A stretch of 64,000 bases of DNA from Rhina ancylostomus (lineage: Eukaryota): NCBI GenBank assembly GCA_030265395.1, contig JARFYF010000112.1, positions 35,531,300 through 35,595,299 on the forward strand. Direction: 5' to 3'. The notes under the pieces were generated by a model. The model was not told the origin of the DNA. It saw only the letters and a list, made by a program, of their open reading frames with translations, and ran no database searches. Numbering within the stretch: position 1 is the stretch's first letter; each line of letters starts with the position of its first letter. Made by a program: the position numbers and the translations under genes. Below, one piece after another: positions 1 through 13,539 of the stretch.

Positions 1-905
1 GAGGTGGGAGGAGTGATAACAGGGATTGTAAGACCAAGGGCCTGGAGTTGTGAGATGGTGTAGAGCGCGGATGGACGAGATGCAGTAAGCAGTGAAGATG
101 GAGTAAGGGGGCTTGCAAGGTGCTGGGATTGGGGAGGGGAGTAGTGCTGGTTGGAAATTCAGAGGGAGGGAAGGAGACAGGGTGCAATCAGAATGGAGTT
201 GATGATGACCAAAGTTGGGTATCTGGTTATTGACTCTGGCAGGAGCTGAATGAGTGAGAATGTTTGGAATGAGTCATGGCTGTTGAGGAGAGTGTGGATG
301 TTGAATGAAGGAGGGAGGGGTTTTGTATGTAGTGTGATGTTTGTGGGGTGTGGTTTGTGATGGTATCAAATGAGAGGGAAGGAAGAATTTTATGTGGGGA
401 GAGAAAGGGTTTGTGAAGCAGTATGGGATGGCTGTGAGGGAAGGAGGACTGACCTGGGGAGGGCAAATAAAGGAGAGAGGAATTGATTGGGGAGAGAGGT
501 CATTACCAAGAGATGGAGTGGGTATAACCATGATATGTTGGGATATGGAGAGATGGTGGAGACCAGTGTATGGATCCCTTCCTATCGCCCACTCTTTCCC
601 TCCTTAGCTCCCTCTGTCCTTCACTTTCCCTTTATATTACCGTCCTTGCCTTGCAAACCAATGGTGTTCGCTGTATTCCCAATTGTGTGCTGCTGCCCCT
701 TCCCCCCTCCCTCCGCCCCCACTCACTAAACCTGCTGCCACCCTGCACTTCTCTGGTTGATACATTTTATGTGGTCCCTTGCTTTCTTTCTCTTACTACC
801 CATGTCCCATTCTTGGTGTCTCTTACCCCTTTGTCTCCTTTTTTCTCAAACTCTCATTCTCTCTGCCTCTTGCACTCTCCTCTGTGCCCTCCTGTGCCAC
901 AACAC
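1..905. repeat. Low-complexity block: G/A-rich 1-575, then C/T-rich 575-905
   Basis: Strong purine skew (gggagggaaggag...) that flips to pyrimidine skew (ccccttcccccctccctccgccccc). Confidence 0.8.
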
Positions 906-1639
906 TGACTTTATCTTTGTTCTTTTTGAATATTTTCATTCACTGTCATGCATCACAGTCTGTGCAGGCTGAAGATAAAAGGCTTTTTTTCTTGCAGACT
1001 TTGCCATTGAAATTTTGAGGCAAGGCTGATATATCCTTGTTGCTGTTTGGTGAGGAATGAATCTTTACTAAAATTGAGTGAATTGCTCTTTTGATAGAGT
1101 TCATTTCTGTACATTATTCTATTTATTAGATTTAGCTCAATCCCTTTGCGTGCTTTGTTTCCTGTGCCATGTGTTGTGACTATTGTACCACTTGTTTTAT
1201 GTATGCCTTTGGATATACTTTAGAATTTTATTACAGTATCTCTTTAAAATGTTAGTGTATTTCTCAAATTACAAGGCTTTTTGTTATTGTTCAAAGTTGA
1301 GTTAAAAGTTCTGGATTTAAAGGTTTGGATGGATGATGGCGATGGTAGTCTTTTATGCTGATGGTGACCTTTCTCTGATTAACAATTATTGAGGTATTAC
1401 GCTCATCGGGTATTTCTTTTAGACACTGTGCTTGCATAATTTGAAACAAAGCTGGGATATTGCTTTCAATAACCTTTTTATTACTGTATTTGGATGCCCC
1501 ATGTAAAGGTGAATCACTTGACTGACTCAAGCTGTAACAATCTGTCCACAGCATAACTTTAGTGGACGTGTTAAAAATGTTGCTTGTTGAAAGTTGGTTG
1601 AAGCACAGTCCATACTTTTTTTTTCTTCTGAAAGTTCTT

Positions 1640-4300
1640 TGGGGTTAAAGATGATATGTTCTGGTGGTTCTGAGGTGACTAATAAGTTCTTTATGGGAAA
1701 CTCATCATTTGCACCCAGTAGGGTAGGTGGAGCTTGACAGATTGAATTGGTTGTTGGGATAGTTGTGTGTTCCTTTCGCTTGTTGTGCTTGGCCTCTGTG
1801 TATTTGTCAGAGATGCAGCTCCAGGTGCTTGTTTTGGGAGTTTAGTATCAGTTACATGGTCCCATAGTGGTGGTGGTTGAGCATGATGATGACCTGGTTT
1901 GGATGCAGGGCTGGGTGAAAGTGTTGACATTAGTTCACCAATCCAGCCAGTGGATTTGGAGGACTTTGCAGTATTTAAGAGGCATCAGACTTGAATCAAC
2001 AAGGTAAGTCCTGGTAAATGAGATTACAGCAGATAGGTACTTGGTGGTCGGCATAGACACAGTGGGCTGAAGGGCCTGTTTCTTTCTGTATGACTCTTAT
2101 TTTGCATTTGCAGCAGTACTTTGATATTTCTGTATAAGATTATTCACGTCCAAGTCCCTGAATGTGACAGGAGGGTGGGGAACACTGCTTATTGGTTGAG
2201 CACAAACTTGGTGTTGGGTTTATATTTGGTTTTAGAACACTCTCTTTCTCCATTTAGCTGATGGCTATGCTTGCTCAATGGAGGCAGTAGTGGATTTTAT
2301 AATCAAAGTCTGCCTTCACTGAGTCGTGCTTCCCAAAATCTGGGAAGTGATCTATGTTGACCAGGGACCAGTGTTAGTGAGAGGATGGTGTGGTGTGACG
2401 AGGACAGGTTGTTGAAGGATATTTCTCTTCCAGACATTTAGTACAAGTATTCTGTCATATTCTTTGGTGAGGGAACCAACAACGGTTTGGAGCTCAACTA
2501 CTGAGTGTGTACAATCGTAGTTATTGTTTGCTTACTGTATACAGGTAAATGACGGAGTGATTTTGGTTCAGCAGTGGAGTGACAAATTTGAATAGTTTCC
2601 TGCTTGTCCAAGACATTTGCTCCACTTAAGTGGAGAGCTTTTGAAGGTGAGTGAAGATTGAACAGAGCCTTGGTGCAACGACACAACATTGATCCTTGTC
2701 TGCATTGGGATTGGGTCTGTGATGAATCCATTGGTGAGGATAATGGCTTGTTTGCCATCGTAAAGCAGATGAAGTATGCTGAGGACAACCAAATTTGAGG
2801 AGGGTCTTCCAGTAATTCCTCTTGCTTGATAGAATCAAAGACCTTTGTGAGGTTAAGAGCTGTCATGTACAGTGGTCAATTTTGCTTTTTTTTTTGGAGG
2901 GGGTTGTTGTGCCTCTTGATGAATGTAATGCACATTGAGATCCTGTAGCCACTTGGAAGACATGGTTGAGGATGATTCTGAGATATCCAGTAATGCTGAG
3001 ATTGTAGCAGATAGCATGCTTGTGGAATGGAGTCCCAAGCACTTGCATCAAATGACAGTCTTGAATGAGGAAGTGCTTCTTCTGACTCATTGTCCTGGAT
3101 GACTTCATCTCATTAAGCACCAAGAACTGAGGAGGTTTTTTAAGTGTATGAGCATGAATAATCTTGATAGTATTTTAAGTATTCAACTGGTCACTGGATC
3201 TTCTGTAATCTTTCCACCCATTCTGTCTTCTTGGGTCTCAAGTTTTTGTTCAACCTCAGCTTTCAGGTGCCTTTGGGTCTACATTTTAGCTTTGAGCTGT
3301 GGTGGTGCCTAAAGTCCAAGAATGCCTTTTGTTTATGATTTCCTAGCACCTGAATCTCCTGTTTGTTCTCTGTTCTTGGGTGGAGAAATTACGTTTATGT
3401 TTGTGGGTGATGATTAGGGTGGACCAGAGCAGACCAGGCACAATGGATGCACTGTTGCAGTGTCAACAGGTTGTCTGTGTGATGTTGACTGAGTTTCCTT
3501 TGCTGTGTCTTTTGAGCCCTTTGATGCTGGTTTTCCTGTGGCAGTGTTTCTGTTGCCTTTACTGTTTTGGGGCCTGCTTGACAGAGTTGATAGAATGAAT
3601 CCTTAGGCAGTGGTCATTCCAGCAGTCATCAGCTTCTGTCATTATGTGGTTGACGCAAATATCCTTGCTGTCCCCCACTTGGGCAATAAAGTAGTTTGAT
3701 GGATGCCAGTACCTTGATTGAGGTGTTAATTTTTTTTCTTTGATGAAATTGGATGTTGGTCTTGAAAAGACTGTTTAGTGTTTTATCAGGAGGTGGACTC
3801 CGGTGGATTATCTTATCCTTCATAGAACTTGTCACATTTTTCAAGATAAGAGTAGAATTGTTCTTTGGCCTCACCTGTTGCTTCGAGATCTGCCATATCC
3901 TGATCACGGCGGCGTGCTGGTTCTGTGATGGAGTGAGACAAAGTAATATGCGATCCCACATGGGAATCACTAAGATGCTAGTCTAATTCATCTTTGATAG
4001 CAAAATCAGTTCAATGGAATCAGTGTCCTTCTAGTTTGCCTTCCAGAAGAAGGTGCACGCATCCTCTTGTTTCTTAAGCTGGTTTTCTTCTGTTGTCAGC
4101 TCTCACTCAGGATGGTTATGTCATTGTCAAAATGTCAGAGTTTCCATGCTATGAATTGGTGTGATGGTCGGCTCTGTTACTTTTGTGGTTTTTCATAAGG
4201 GTCCTCATGTTCCTGATCTTGAACTTTATTTTGAAATGTGGAAGATGCCTGTGAGTGGGGGTGGGGCTTGACTCCATAGATTTAATAAATGCACATACAT
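1640..4300 (-). mobile_element. Degenerate, near full-ORF RTE-clade LINE
   Basis: Minus-strand fragments: endonuclease end (SRYWHPSNYFI...EADDCWNDHCLR), RIILNH..SQC..SSRGTT, LTKVFDS, LLKFGCP, LHLLYDG.QAIILTNG..TDP, NIDHFP.FG, DHVTDTKLPKQA; many frameshifts. Boundaries approximate. Confidence 0.8.
1965..2098 (+). mobile_element. CR1-type LINE 3' tail nested in the RTE element
   Basis: ggtcggcatagacacagtgggctgaagggcctgtttctttctgtatgactct tail motif, repeated elsewhere in the window. Confidence 0.75.
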
Positions 4301-4689
4301 GCAAGATCAATGCTGTTGCTCTCATCCTCTTCCTCAGCCCCCTTATTTACTATTCCCGTCTGAGCCTTGCCCCTTGCCCTCCACCAATCCTTGCTCACCC
4401 CCACACTGTGAATTCAAAATGTTTCTTTCTGCAATATTTTATATCTTCAGGAACCAATGGGTTAGATTTTTAACTTGCCAGCCCATTTTGAGATTAAATT
4501 AAAATTTAGTTCCAGTGAGTGACCTGCATTATTTCAGAAGATAGATTTGATTTTGCAGATGTGATACTGATCTATTTGTACATTTGCAGAAACAATTGTA
4601 GTCTTCAAACTGTTTGCAGATAAACTGGAGAAAATCTTATATAAACGGTTGTTATAAGTTTGTTAGATGCCCACTACATGGGTAAATAA

Positions 4690-4848
4690 TTCAACCAGAA
4701 GTAATTAGATGGGCACATGGAACAGCATGGAAGGCTATGGGTGAAGTCTTGGGAAATAGGATTAGCATAAATATGTAGTTTATGTAGTTAGTGTCTGGTA
4801 TGGACATGGTGAACTGAAGGGGCTTGTTTCTGTACTGTATGACTTTAT
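4690..4848 (+). mobile_element. CR1-type 3' tail fragment
   Basis: tggacatggtgaactgaaggggcttgtttctgtactgtatgact. Confidence 0.7.
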
Positions 4849-7789
4849 GTGCAATAAGTAGACCGATATGGATATTTTGCTATGTGACAATTTCCTTTTT
4901 CCTCAGCAAAGTCTTTGCAGAACTTCACTCTTGCAGTTAGGAAGCAGTTTTAATGCAAAAAAGATGGTGGAAATTTGAAACTGTTTCACAAAATGGCAGT
5001 CAGTCTGGGACAACTAACTTTAAATCTGAAATTGCCAAACTTTTGTTAACTAATGATGTTAAGGTTTATGCACTAACAACTCACTGCATGGAGGAACAGG
5101 CTCAAGGGGTGAGATGGATGATATTCATTTTTTTTGTGATAGTCACTGCAATATGTAGTAGGAGCTAGAAAACAGTGTACTGGAGCTGATGACATGTTGC
5201 GTTTTATTTTAACTTCAAGGTGTCAGAGATGACTATTGTAGCCATGACTGGTAAAGGGAGTCTTGCCCTATATCGAGGAAAAAAGTTTAATATTGTCAAA
5301 ACATCCCAGCATGGACAGGCATGGTTTTATCATTAGCATATATATTTCAGTGGACCTGAATGCACAGTGGTAAAGCTGGATATCAGAAACCAATTTGGGG
5401 AAAGCTAAACAGAGTTTCCTTCATGGAAAATATTCCAATTTTCCTTTAAACAAACTCAATGTTGTAAATTGTGCATTGCAAGAGCAAACTTAGGTTCTGT
5501 CTGACTTTTTATCCTTCCTAGCCATTGTGTGTATGCCAATCTTTATAGATCTATCACAAGAAGAACAAAAATGTTTGGAGATCAGATTTAATATCAGTCT
5601 TTATTTAAAATGTCTAAAATAATTTTATGACTTAAACCTAATTGCTTTTGCTTGTTCCTACATAGAAAAAAAGTCATGTTATTAACAGTTGCTGTTGAAA
5701 GGGAGGAATGTCGATTAACAGGGCCATATGTAATAATACCATTCTTAGGAGCTACAGATCGACAATATGGTTTTCTCTTAATTGCCTTTTGAAATGTCTT
5801 AGCAAGCTACTCCATTTGAGGATCAGTTAGGGATAAACAATGTATATTACGCTTGTCAGAGGTGCCCATATCCCTTAAACAAATTAAGAAACTAATTTTC
5901 CTGTGCAGACTTTCATTGAGTATTAATTGTGTCCTTTGAGTCTCTTCTTTAGACAGACTAGGCATGTGCAAAAGACAGCGTTTCTGAATATCATTGGTAA
6001 GCCAATTAATTTTCTTGAGGGAAATGAGACTAATTGGTAATTCTTTCAGAGAGATGCAGCCAGCTGAATAGCCTACTTCTTTGTAAGATGCTGAAATTTT
6101 ATGATTAACCCCCACCTGACAGATTTCAAGGTAATTTTCTGTAGCCAGCCCACAAAATTGCCAATTTATTGGTTGGTTTCATTAATTGTGATGATAGGTT
6201 TTGAATTTTCGACCTGAGTTTTGGTACCATAATTGACTTGTCATGAATCTATGTTTTCTTAGATGGAGGAATCTTCTTAGATTGAGTAGCAGTCATAGCT
6301 TCTGGTAAATTATATGTAGCCATTTGGAACAGTATTGTTGCTATCAGTGGTATCTCTGCTAAGTATACTGTAAGAATACAGCGACACTAGTTACCAGTGA
6401 CTTGAGAACACCCATAACGTCATTTGAAGGGACTATTTCCTGACTATTTTTCTAATTGTCAATTTTCTCCCATTTCTGAATGCTCATCCTTTCGGTAGGA
6501 TCAAGCCTGGGGTTATCTGAATTTCACTGCTTAGCTATTTGCCAAATAAAGTCAGTTTCTTCAGAGCATTGATAATTTCATGGCCTTACAATATTGGAAG
6601 TTGGACTATTCAGCTCTGGAAGCCATATTGATTGATCTTAGCTTCTCTCATTAAGCGTACTCTGTATACATTTCTCAGCAGAGGTTAATAAATGTTGGCG
6701 GAACTTCTGATTGCTATCTCCCCCCTCCCCCGTTTAGTCTAAGGTCCTTGACATATTGTAATACTCAGCTGTACACAAAACTTTTATGTGCATTTGTGCT
6801 ATTTTAATGATACAGCTATTGCTATATTCTCTGATTGGTCATCTGTGTATCACCTGGGTTTGGTAATGTCTGCTTGCTTGTGGTGTGACAGTGTTGGAAA
6901 AATGAATGTTCCTGTGCTTACTTGTAATCCGATCTAATCAAATAGAGCAGCTTTTAATGTTCAACTCATGACAAACCATCCCCTTTTGGGAGGAGAGTTC
7001 CTGCCAGTTGACAAAGCCGGCAGCACCTCTTGTTTATCTTTTTCTTTCAGCCTGTAGTCATTGTAGTAGCATTGAACTCGTGCTTAGCAGTTTTAGGTTG
7101 AAAGCTTCGATTTGCTGTCACTGGTTTGCCACCTAAGAATAGTGCCTCAGTAGTTGCTGAAATTTCCTAGCTATTTATTTGTGGGTCTGGGATCACTGCA
7201 TTAGAATGTGGGCAATCTTTTAATTAACACTTCAAAAGGAAAGTTTTTTTAAATCTCTCATGAATTGGGACTGTGATCTCTGTTTCTTCAGCTGTTGGAT
7301 TCCTCTTTTACTGAAAAACAAATATTAAATCTAACAATTATAGCAAATGAGATCAAGTTTGGCTGACATGGACTAAACACAACTGGGAGCCTGAAATTAA
7401 AACAAGCTAAAAAATGCTAGGTTATTAGGTTCCAAGAATAATATGGTCATTGCTTTAGTTTGGTAGTATTGATCAGAACTGTTAGTCTGTACTTTTGGGT
7501 GTTGACAAGACTATTTTTAGGATTTTAAAAAATTTTGGTGTTTGTCTTTTCTCGTTGAAGAATTGTACATGNNNNNNNNNNNNNNNNNNNNNNNNNNNNN
7601 NNNNNNNNNNATGCTGTTTACTATAGTTTAGTGTACTTAGAATTTTCTGGTAAATTCCTTGCTGAACCAACAGCAATGAGAGTTAGTGTTCGTGTTTTGC
7701 ATCATTACAACTCATGGTTATGAAAATCATATACCTGGAATGGAGGTGCCAAGTTTAACATATATTCAGTTTCAGGCACAAGTTTAGAG

Positions 7790-8450
7790 AAAGGATAAAT
7801 AGTATGCAGCCTGGGATTTGAAATAAAAATAACATCTTTGGTGTAGGAAGCATTGCCCTAGGTTCTGAAGAAAAATTATTGACCTGAAATCCTAACCCCT
7901 GCTTCCTTTCTCCGAAGATGCTGTTTAGCCTGCAGAGTATTTTCATTTTTAATAATTTATCTTATTAATAATTTAGTTCTGTTGATTGTATGATCATTAG
8001 GATTATTTCCATAATGATTAAAAGGAACAAAAGCAAATTACTGCAGATTGGGTAAGTAAGAAATAAAAACAGAAAATGTTGGAAACACTGGTTGGAGAAA
8101 CAGTTTATGAGCTTTTCAACAGAACTGGCAAAAATTAGCAATGTAACAGGTTTTAAACAAGTATAGAGGCAAGAGAAGTTGGAAAGGGAAACAAAGATTA
8201 AAAACAAAGGCCTATGATAAGGTGGAAGGCAAGAGTAAATTCAGTATAAATGTAGTAAAGGGATAAATAGAGAAACCGTAGATGACTCGGGGGATAGAGG
8301 ATGATGGCAGGATGTTAAAATGGGAATCATTACCAGCTGTTACTCTCCAAAACAAAATGAGAGGGCATTGGTTATGTCGTGATGAAATGAGTCACTAAAG
8401 GTGCAGGTGTGGAATAATTCTGCTTGCAGTTTTCTGGACTTCAACAGTGT
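7790..8450. mobile_element. Degraded fragments of the Penelope-associated palindromic repeat family
   Basis: aaataaaaacagaaaatgttggaaacact arm and complementary gatgctgtttagcctgcagagtattttc arm, as at 12053, 21985 and 53490. Confidence 0.55.
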
Positions 8451-9479
8451 TTGGTTTTTTTATGCATCTCTAATCAGCTTTGTTGTTTTTGCTAGTATGA
8501 GGGTGTGAGTATGGGGCAGAGAATATGAAAGCACGGTATTGCTATCATGTAATTGAGGGATTCTTTGCTAATCCGTAGGGCCATTCCCCACCTGTGGCTG
8601 CAGTACAATAATGGCAAATATTAATAAATCAGTTGTCAATTTCACTTTATATATTTTCTTGACTAGCAGACCTTTGTACGGTCTAACGAAATAGCTTAGG
8701 AAAATTTCACAGGCTCCTTCCCTGTCTAGATTTGACATTACTCATCATAGCTCTTGCACATTTCTAAAACTATAGCTACAAACTGGGAAACACTTCAGAA
8801 CCACAACAGTTCATGGATCATAGCTTGAAACTGGAGTTGATAATTACTTTCAATCACTTTCCATTCCTTACTGTCTTTGCAGTTTGTTCCAAAATATTGG
8901 AAGTGAAAATAATTGGTCTGTTGAATGCGTTTTTAAGAAGGCATGCATTACTGTAGGTATCCTTTCCTCCATTTTGACCCAGAGAGGCTAATCTCTTTAT
9001 ATAGGTACTAGCAGGTCTATTATTGTTGTTACATATTCAAGAAAAGTTATGGTTGTCCAGGTGTTGTTTGGTTGGGTGAGTACATAGGCACCGTATTTGA
9101 TTCAATCCATGGCCTGCACTAAATTAGCATAATATGGCTGCTGCTTTGAATATTGATATTTTGTTTTTAAATACTCCAGTGTGTAGGTGAAGAGTGTTGG
9201 AGGGAGTTGGTCAAGGTTCCAACATGTGCTGGCTAAATCACTCTGGCAGAGTATTAGACAATGGGCAAATGGGCTTGAACAGGGTTGCCCCGACCTTGCC
9301 ATTCTAAAGAAGCCAATATCCAAGTGTGGGTGGAGAGGGGTGATTTAGTTTTTATTGTAAATTTCCCTTGAGAATGGAATGAGCAGAGAGTTCAGTGCAG
9401 GGATTAGTGCCTAGTCTCCTACATTCTATTCTCATACAACAGTTCTTATAAAACTACCAGCTGCTAACTACCTACTTGC

Positions 9480-9870
9480 AGTGAGTCCTGTTCACCCCAC
9501 CAATCTACGTTGACTGCTATTTTGGCAATATTAAAATCCTCATCTTCCATATCTGTGTAACCTTGTTTGGTCCTCCAACTCCAGTCTCTGTGCTGCTCTA
9601 TTTTGGGGCTCTTTAGCATCCCCAATTTTAATCTTGCCTCTTAATTACTGTTCCATTAGCTGCTTAAGTTCTAGAATTTCATTCCCAACTTTTTTGTATT
9701 CTGCCTTTTTCTATAAATTGCTAATTAAAGCTCACATCTTAGGCCAAGTTTTTAGCAATGTTTTAATGCTAACGTGATTGGTTATTTTTAAATTTTGTTA
9801 ACAGTCCTTTACATTGCTTGGGAAATTTTACATTGTTTTACAGTTTCTATTTATTAATGTGAATTGTTGG
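9480..9870 (+). mobile_element. L2-like LINE 3' end, degraded
   Basis: Similar to 51290-51875 (catcccaattttaat..., ctagaatttc...). Confidence 0.5.
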
Positions 9871-10784
9871 TGGAAACTAGGTTGATGTCACAAAACACAT
9901 TTCTATGTGGTTGGAGGATCAACAAGGTTTGTTGTTTGTGTGATACCAATGGGCCTTTTTTCCCTCAGCATGATTCAGACTGCACTGTTAATATAGGCAC
10001 TCTTCTTCAGTTTTGAGTAAATGAGACTCATACTGGGCTAGAGAGAAAATGTGTACAGAGTGGGATTGATAAATGGAGAAAATTATTGCTTTAGTGAGAG
10101 TTTTTTCTGTTTTTACCTGTTTTTTTTCTGATGGCTTCTGCAGTCTACCAGGTGGTTTTGCTTTCAGGTTTAAGCCAGTTGTTAGCGTGCAGTGCCTTGT
10201 AAATCAACTGGCACATCTCTTGGCTAAAGAGAATCCAGATCAATTTATTGCAAGGAATTGACCACCATCTATATTGTGATTTTTTTTGTTTGCTCTGCAA
10301 CTGTTTTAAAAGGAGACAAACGGCGATCTCTACATAGTCACCTATAAAAGTTGATAAGATTTGCATGTAATTTAAGTACTTAGCACCATGAACTCCAGCA
10401 GAAGCTGGAGTTATTTAAAGACAAGCAGTTGGAAAAGGCAGGAACCTACATATCGCAGTTACTGAGCGCACCTTGTCACAGCTGTCTTCATTGCTTTCTA
10501 CATTCTTGAACCACTAAACAAAGTCTCCCTGAATCACGTTTGTAAACCCCCCCCCCCCCCCAATTTATTGTCGTATTTGGTGTAACTCTGCTGCAGTTCG
10601 GGACTCTGGTCAGTTGAAGGGCATAATTATCTCACTTAGGCACGATTCAAAGCAGAAACAACCCTGTACAGCAGCACTTGCCCATCTGTTGAACAAGTAA
10701 GTGTACATCAGTCATGTCTGTGCTAATTCAAAGTAGCTGCATTCAGCTAGGGCAGTAATTAGGATGGTCCCTTTAGTCTGGGTG

Positions 10785-11105
10785 AGAATGCAGCACAGGA
10801 ACAGGCCCTTTGGCCCACGATGCTATGCCAAGCTAATTAAGATAATGACACCTCATCTGTTCTGCCTGCACATGGTCCATATCCCTTCATTCTCTACATA
10901 TTCATGTGCCTATCTAAGAGCCTCTTAAATACCTCCATTGTAGCTGCCTCCACCACAACTCCTGGTGGTGCATTCCAAGCACACACCACACTCTGTAAAC
11001 AAAAACTTTCCCCCTCTCACTTCAAATGCATGCCCTCTATTTTGCTGGACAGCATCCTGGTAAACCTTTTCTGCACCGTCTCCATAATAGCCTCCACATA
11101 ACTTC
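10785..11105 (-). mobile_element. CR1-type LINE 3' end
   Basis: cagcacaggaacaggccctttggcccac is the reverse complement of the CR1 tail; gcctccaccac...gcattcca motif. Confidence 0.8.
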
Positions 11106-11774
11106 TTGACTGTTAACTCAATGGCTCAGTCAGCTTGTTTGCCCAATTTTAATTGCTTTAGACTGTGATAGAAAATGCCATTTTGTGGAATAATTCGTCA
11201 GCCTTTTGAGTATATTCTTGTGACTTTAAAGCAGTAACACCACATCAGAAGGTACTGGATCCTGTTCTGGAGAGAACTTGGATTTAGAATGTTCACATTT
11301 TTCGAACATTCTGGAAGCCAGCATTGTTGATCAATTATTGGATTCTACCAAAATCTTGCTGCTAATTTACAGACAGAAAGGTCTCATTAATCTTTGTGGA
11401 TCCTTTGGTTCAAGTGACTGGAATCTGTTTTGCAGATTTGAGTTGTTGACCAGGACACTCGTGTTGAATTCCCCATTCCTCTCCAAGCAAGATGTTGAAA
11501 TCTTTTTCAAATGTACATAGAGGTGGGGCCCAAATTTACTATTTCATCTGTGAGACAGCTTCTCCAATTATACAGCCCTCTAAACAACACTGCAATATCA
11601 ATATGAACATTATATTCAGGTACTGGAGTGGAGTTTGAGTCTACAACCTTCCGACTTGAGTGAAATTGCTACCACCAAATGAAATTTATAATGAGATCTT
11701 GTTTTAGTTCCTCTGTTTCTTCTACTCAGCTCATAGTCAGGATTATGTGCTGTTGCTCCTGTTATAAAATGTCA

Positions 11775-11990
11775 AAAAGGTGGTGTGAGTGTGGAATGAG
11801 CTGCCAACGGAAGTGGTAGATGTGAGTTCAATTGTAACATTTAAGAGAAGTTTGGAAAGGTACATGGGTGGGAGAGTTTAGAGGGATATGGCCCAGGTGC
11901 AGGTAGATGGGACTAGGCAGAAAATTAGGAGGCATGGACTAGATGGGGCAAAGAGCCTGTTTCTGTGCTGTAGTTCTCTTATGACTCTAA
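11775..11990 (+). mobile_element. CR1-type LINE 3' end
   Basis: gtgtggaatgagctgcca (WNELP), catttaagagaagtttgga, tail gagcctgtttctgtgctgtagttctcttatgactct. Confidence 0.85.
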
Positions 11991-12052
11991 AATATACTTC
12001 CCCACACAACTGCTGTCCTTTGCTTGGGAGAAATGTTTTGACTATAATCTCA

Positions 12053-12242
12053 CTCAAAATGCTGGAGGAACTCGGCAGGTCAGGCAGCATCTATAGAGGG
12101 AGATAAGCTGTCGACGAGAAGGGTCACGACCCAAAACGTCGACTGTTTATTTCCTTCCATAGATGCTGCCTGGCTTGTTGAGTTCCTCCAGCAGTTTGTG
12201 TGTTGCTCCAGATTCCAGCATGTGGAAAAGCTCTGGTGTCTC
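12053..12242. mobile_element. Short palindromic element with about 60-bp inverted arms and an 18-19-bp target-site duplication
   Basis: aaaatgctggaggaactc...gcagcatctat...gtcgacg vs cgtcgac...atagatgctgcc...gagttcctccagca; flanks tgttttgactataatctca (12034-12052) and tgtttgactgtaatctca (12243-12260). Confidence 0.85.
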
Positions 12243-13539
12243 TGTTTGACTGTAATCTCATTTGCTTAGATATTGCATCTTTGCTTCCATTTGAACAAAT
12301 TGGTTGATAGGTCTACAGATCCCATTTTGAGTTGAATTTAAGACTTTTAAAATATGAATACTTAACTAGTTTATATACCACCTTGAACTATTTGTGTATC
12401 TTTACTCACAAGGGGAAATTTGCTGCTAGGAAATGAAACACTAATAACCTTTTAAATGTTTTTCAATGCTGTTTCTCCAACAATATCCCTCAACTCCAAG
12501 TTTGAACACATTCCATGCACTAGTTTCATGATTTCCTTAACCAATCCTTCCGATAACCCTTAAATCTGACGGTTAAAATTGTGTTCCAAACACTTATTGA
12601 ATTACATGAAGTTAGGTCCATTCAGGTATGTCAGTGTATTATGTTTGATAGTCTCATTGAAGTTTCCATTGTGTTTGTAGATTTTAAGAATACAATTGAC
12701 TGTAACCTCAAACAATTGAGAGTTTTGATGTAAATGTCAGGATTTAAGTGACTGCACTAACCTGATTTAAATTTTAGTCAAAGCATAACTAAGTGAATAA
12801 ATAGAATATAAACCTTCAAAACTCATTATTAAATGACCGTTTTATGGTAAATTGGTGATATCAGATTTACAGGAGGCAAATTCCCATTTGTAAGCTTTAC
12901 CTTATAAGGGGAAAACGGCATGTATAAATATTTATAATGAGAAATGATTGATATCTATTGCTTTTAGAAAAATGTATCTTTTATTTTATAGATTTCTCAC
13001 AAAAATTTCTATAGTAGTGCTGCTCTCTCTATGACTAATGCTTCTAACATAATTTATCCATAAATTTTACAAAAGTTTTTGTAATATAACAGTTTATTTC
13101 CCAGTGTATTAAAGGAAAGTGTCAAAATTTGTAGATCTACATATATTGTAATATTTAGATGACGTAGGTGGTTTAATTTGGACAGATTAGGGAAAGGCTT
13201 TTTTTGCAGTTAGATGGTAATAACTAGTTATCTTAAAGATTGTTGGAGGATATATCCTTTAATATGTTTGGTCTATCATATGGTTAATAAATGTTGAATA
13301 ACTTGATAAATATTCAAATTGGACAAATCCATAGCGATGTGGAGACTTCCGTAAAGAGACAGCTTGGCAACAATAAGCTAATTGGGTGTTTTTTGAGCTA
13401 TAAGTTTGACTCTGATCTCTCCACCTTATATCCTCAATATTTAAGTTTGAGCAATGACTCCTTTCATTTGCGTTTGTTGCCTATTGTCTTCTGAGTGAAT
13501 TTGGGCCATGTGTAAAAGCTCTTCTTTTCATCTAGAAAA

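Noticed and set aside
2001-2010. Strong donor-like AAG|GTAAGT as a possible exon 1 end
   Set aside because: Lies within a CR1 tail fragment, with no PDPK1-like N-terminal peptide upstream
5220-5318. 99-nt phase-0 open segment after a plausible acceptor (VSEMTIVAMTGK...HGQ)
   Set aside because: Would need a weak GC donor (CAG|GCATGG); no recognisable homology
8957-8966. Other RTATCCTT motifs (8957, and near 1031, 13253, 15949, 21700)
   Set aside because: No adjacent exon or matching U12 branch/acceptor identified; expected by chance in AT-rich DNA
10547-10561. Poly-C/poly-G runs (10547, 15564, 32075, 53853)
   Set aside because: Simple homopolymers with no further structure
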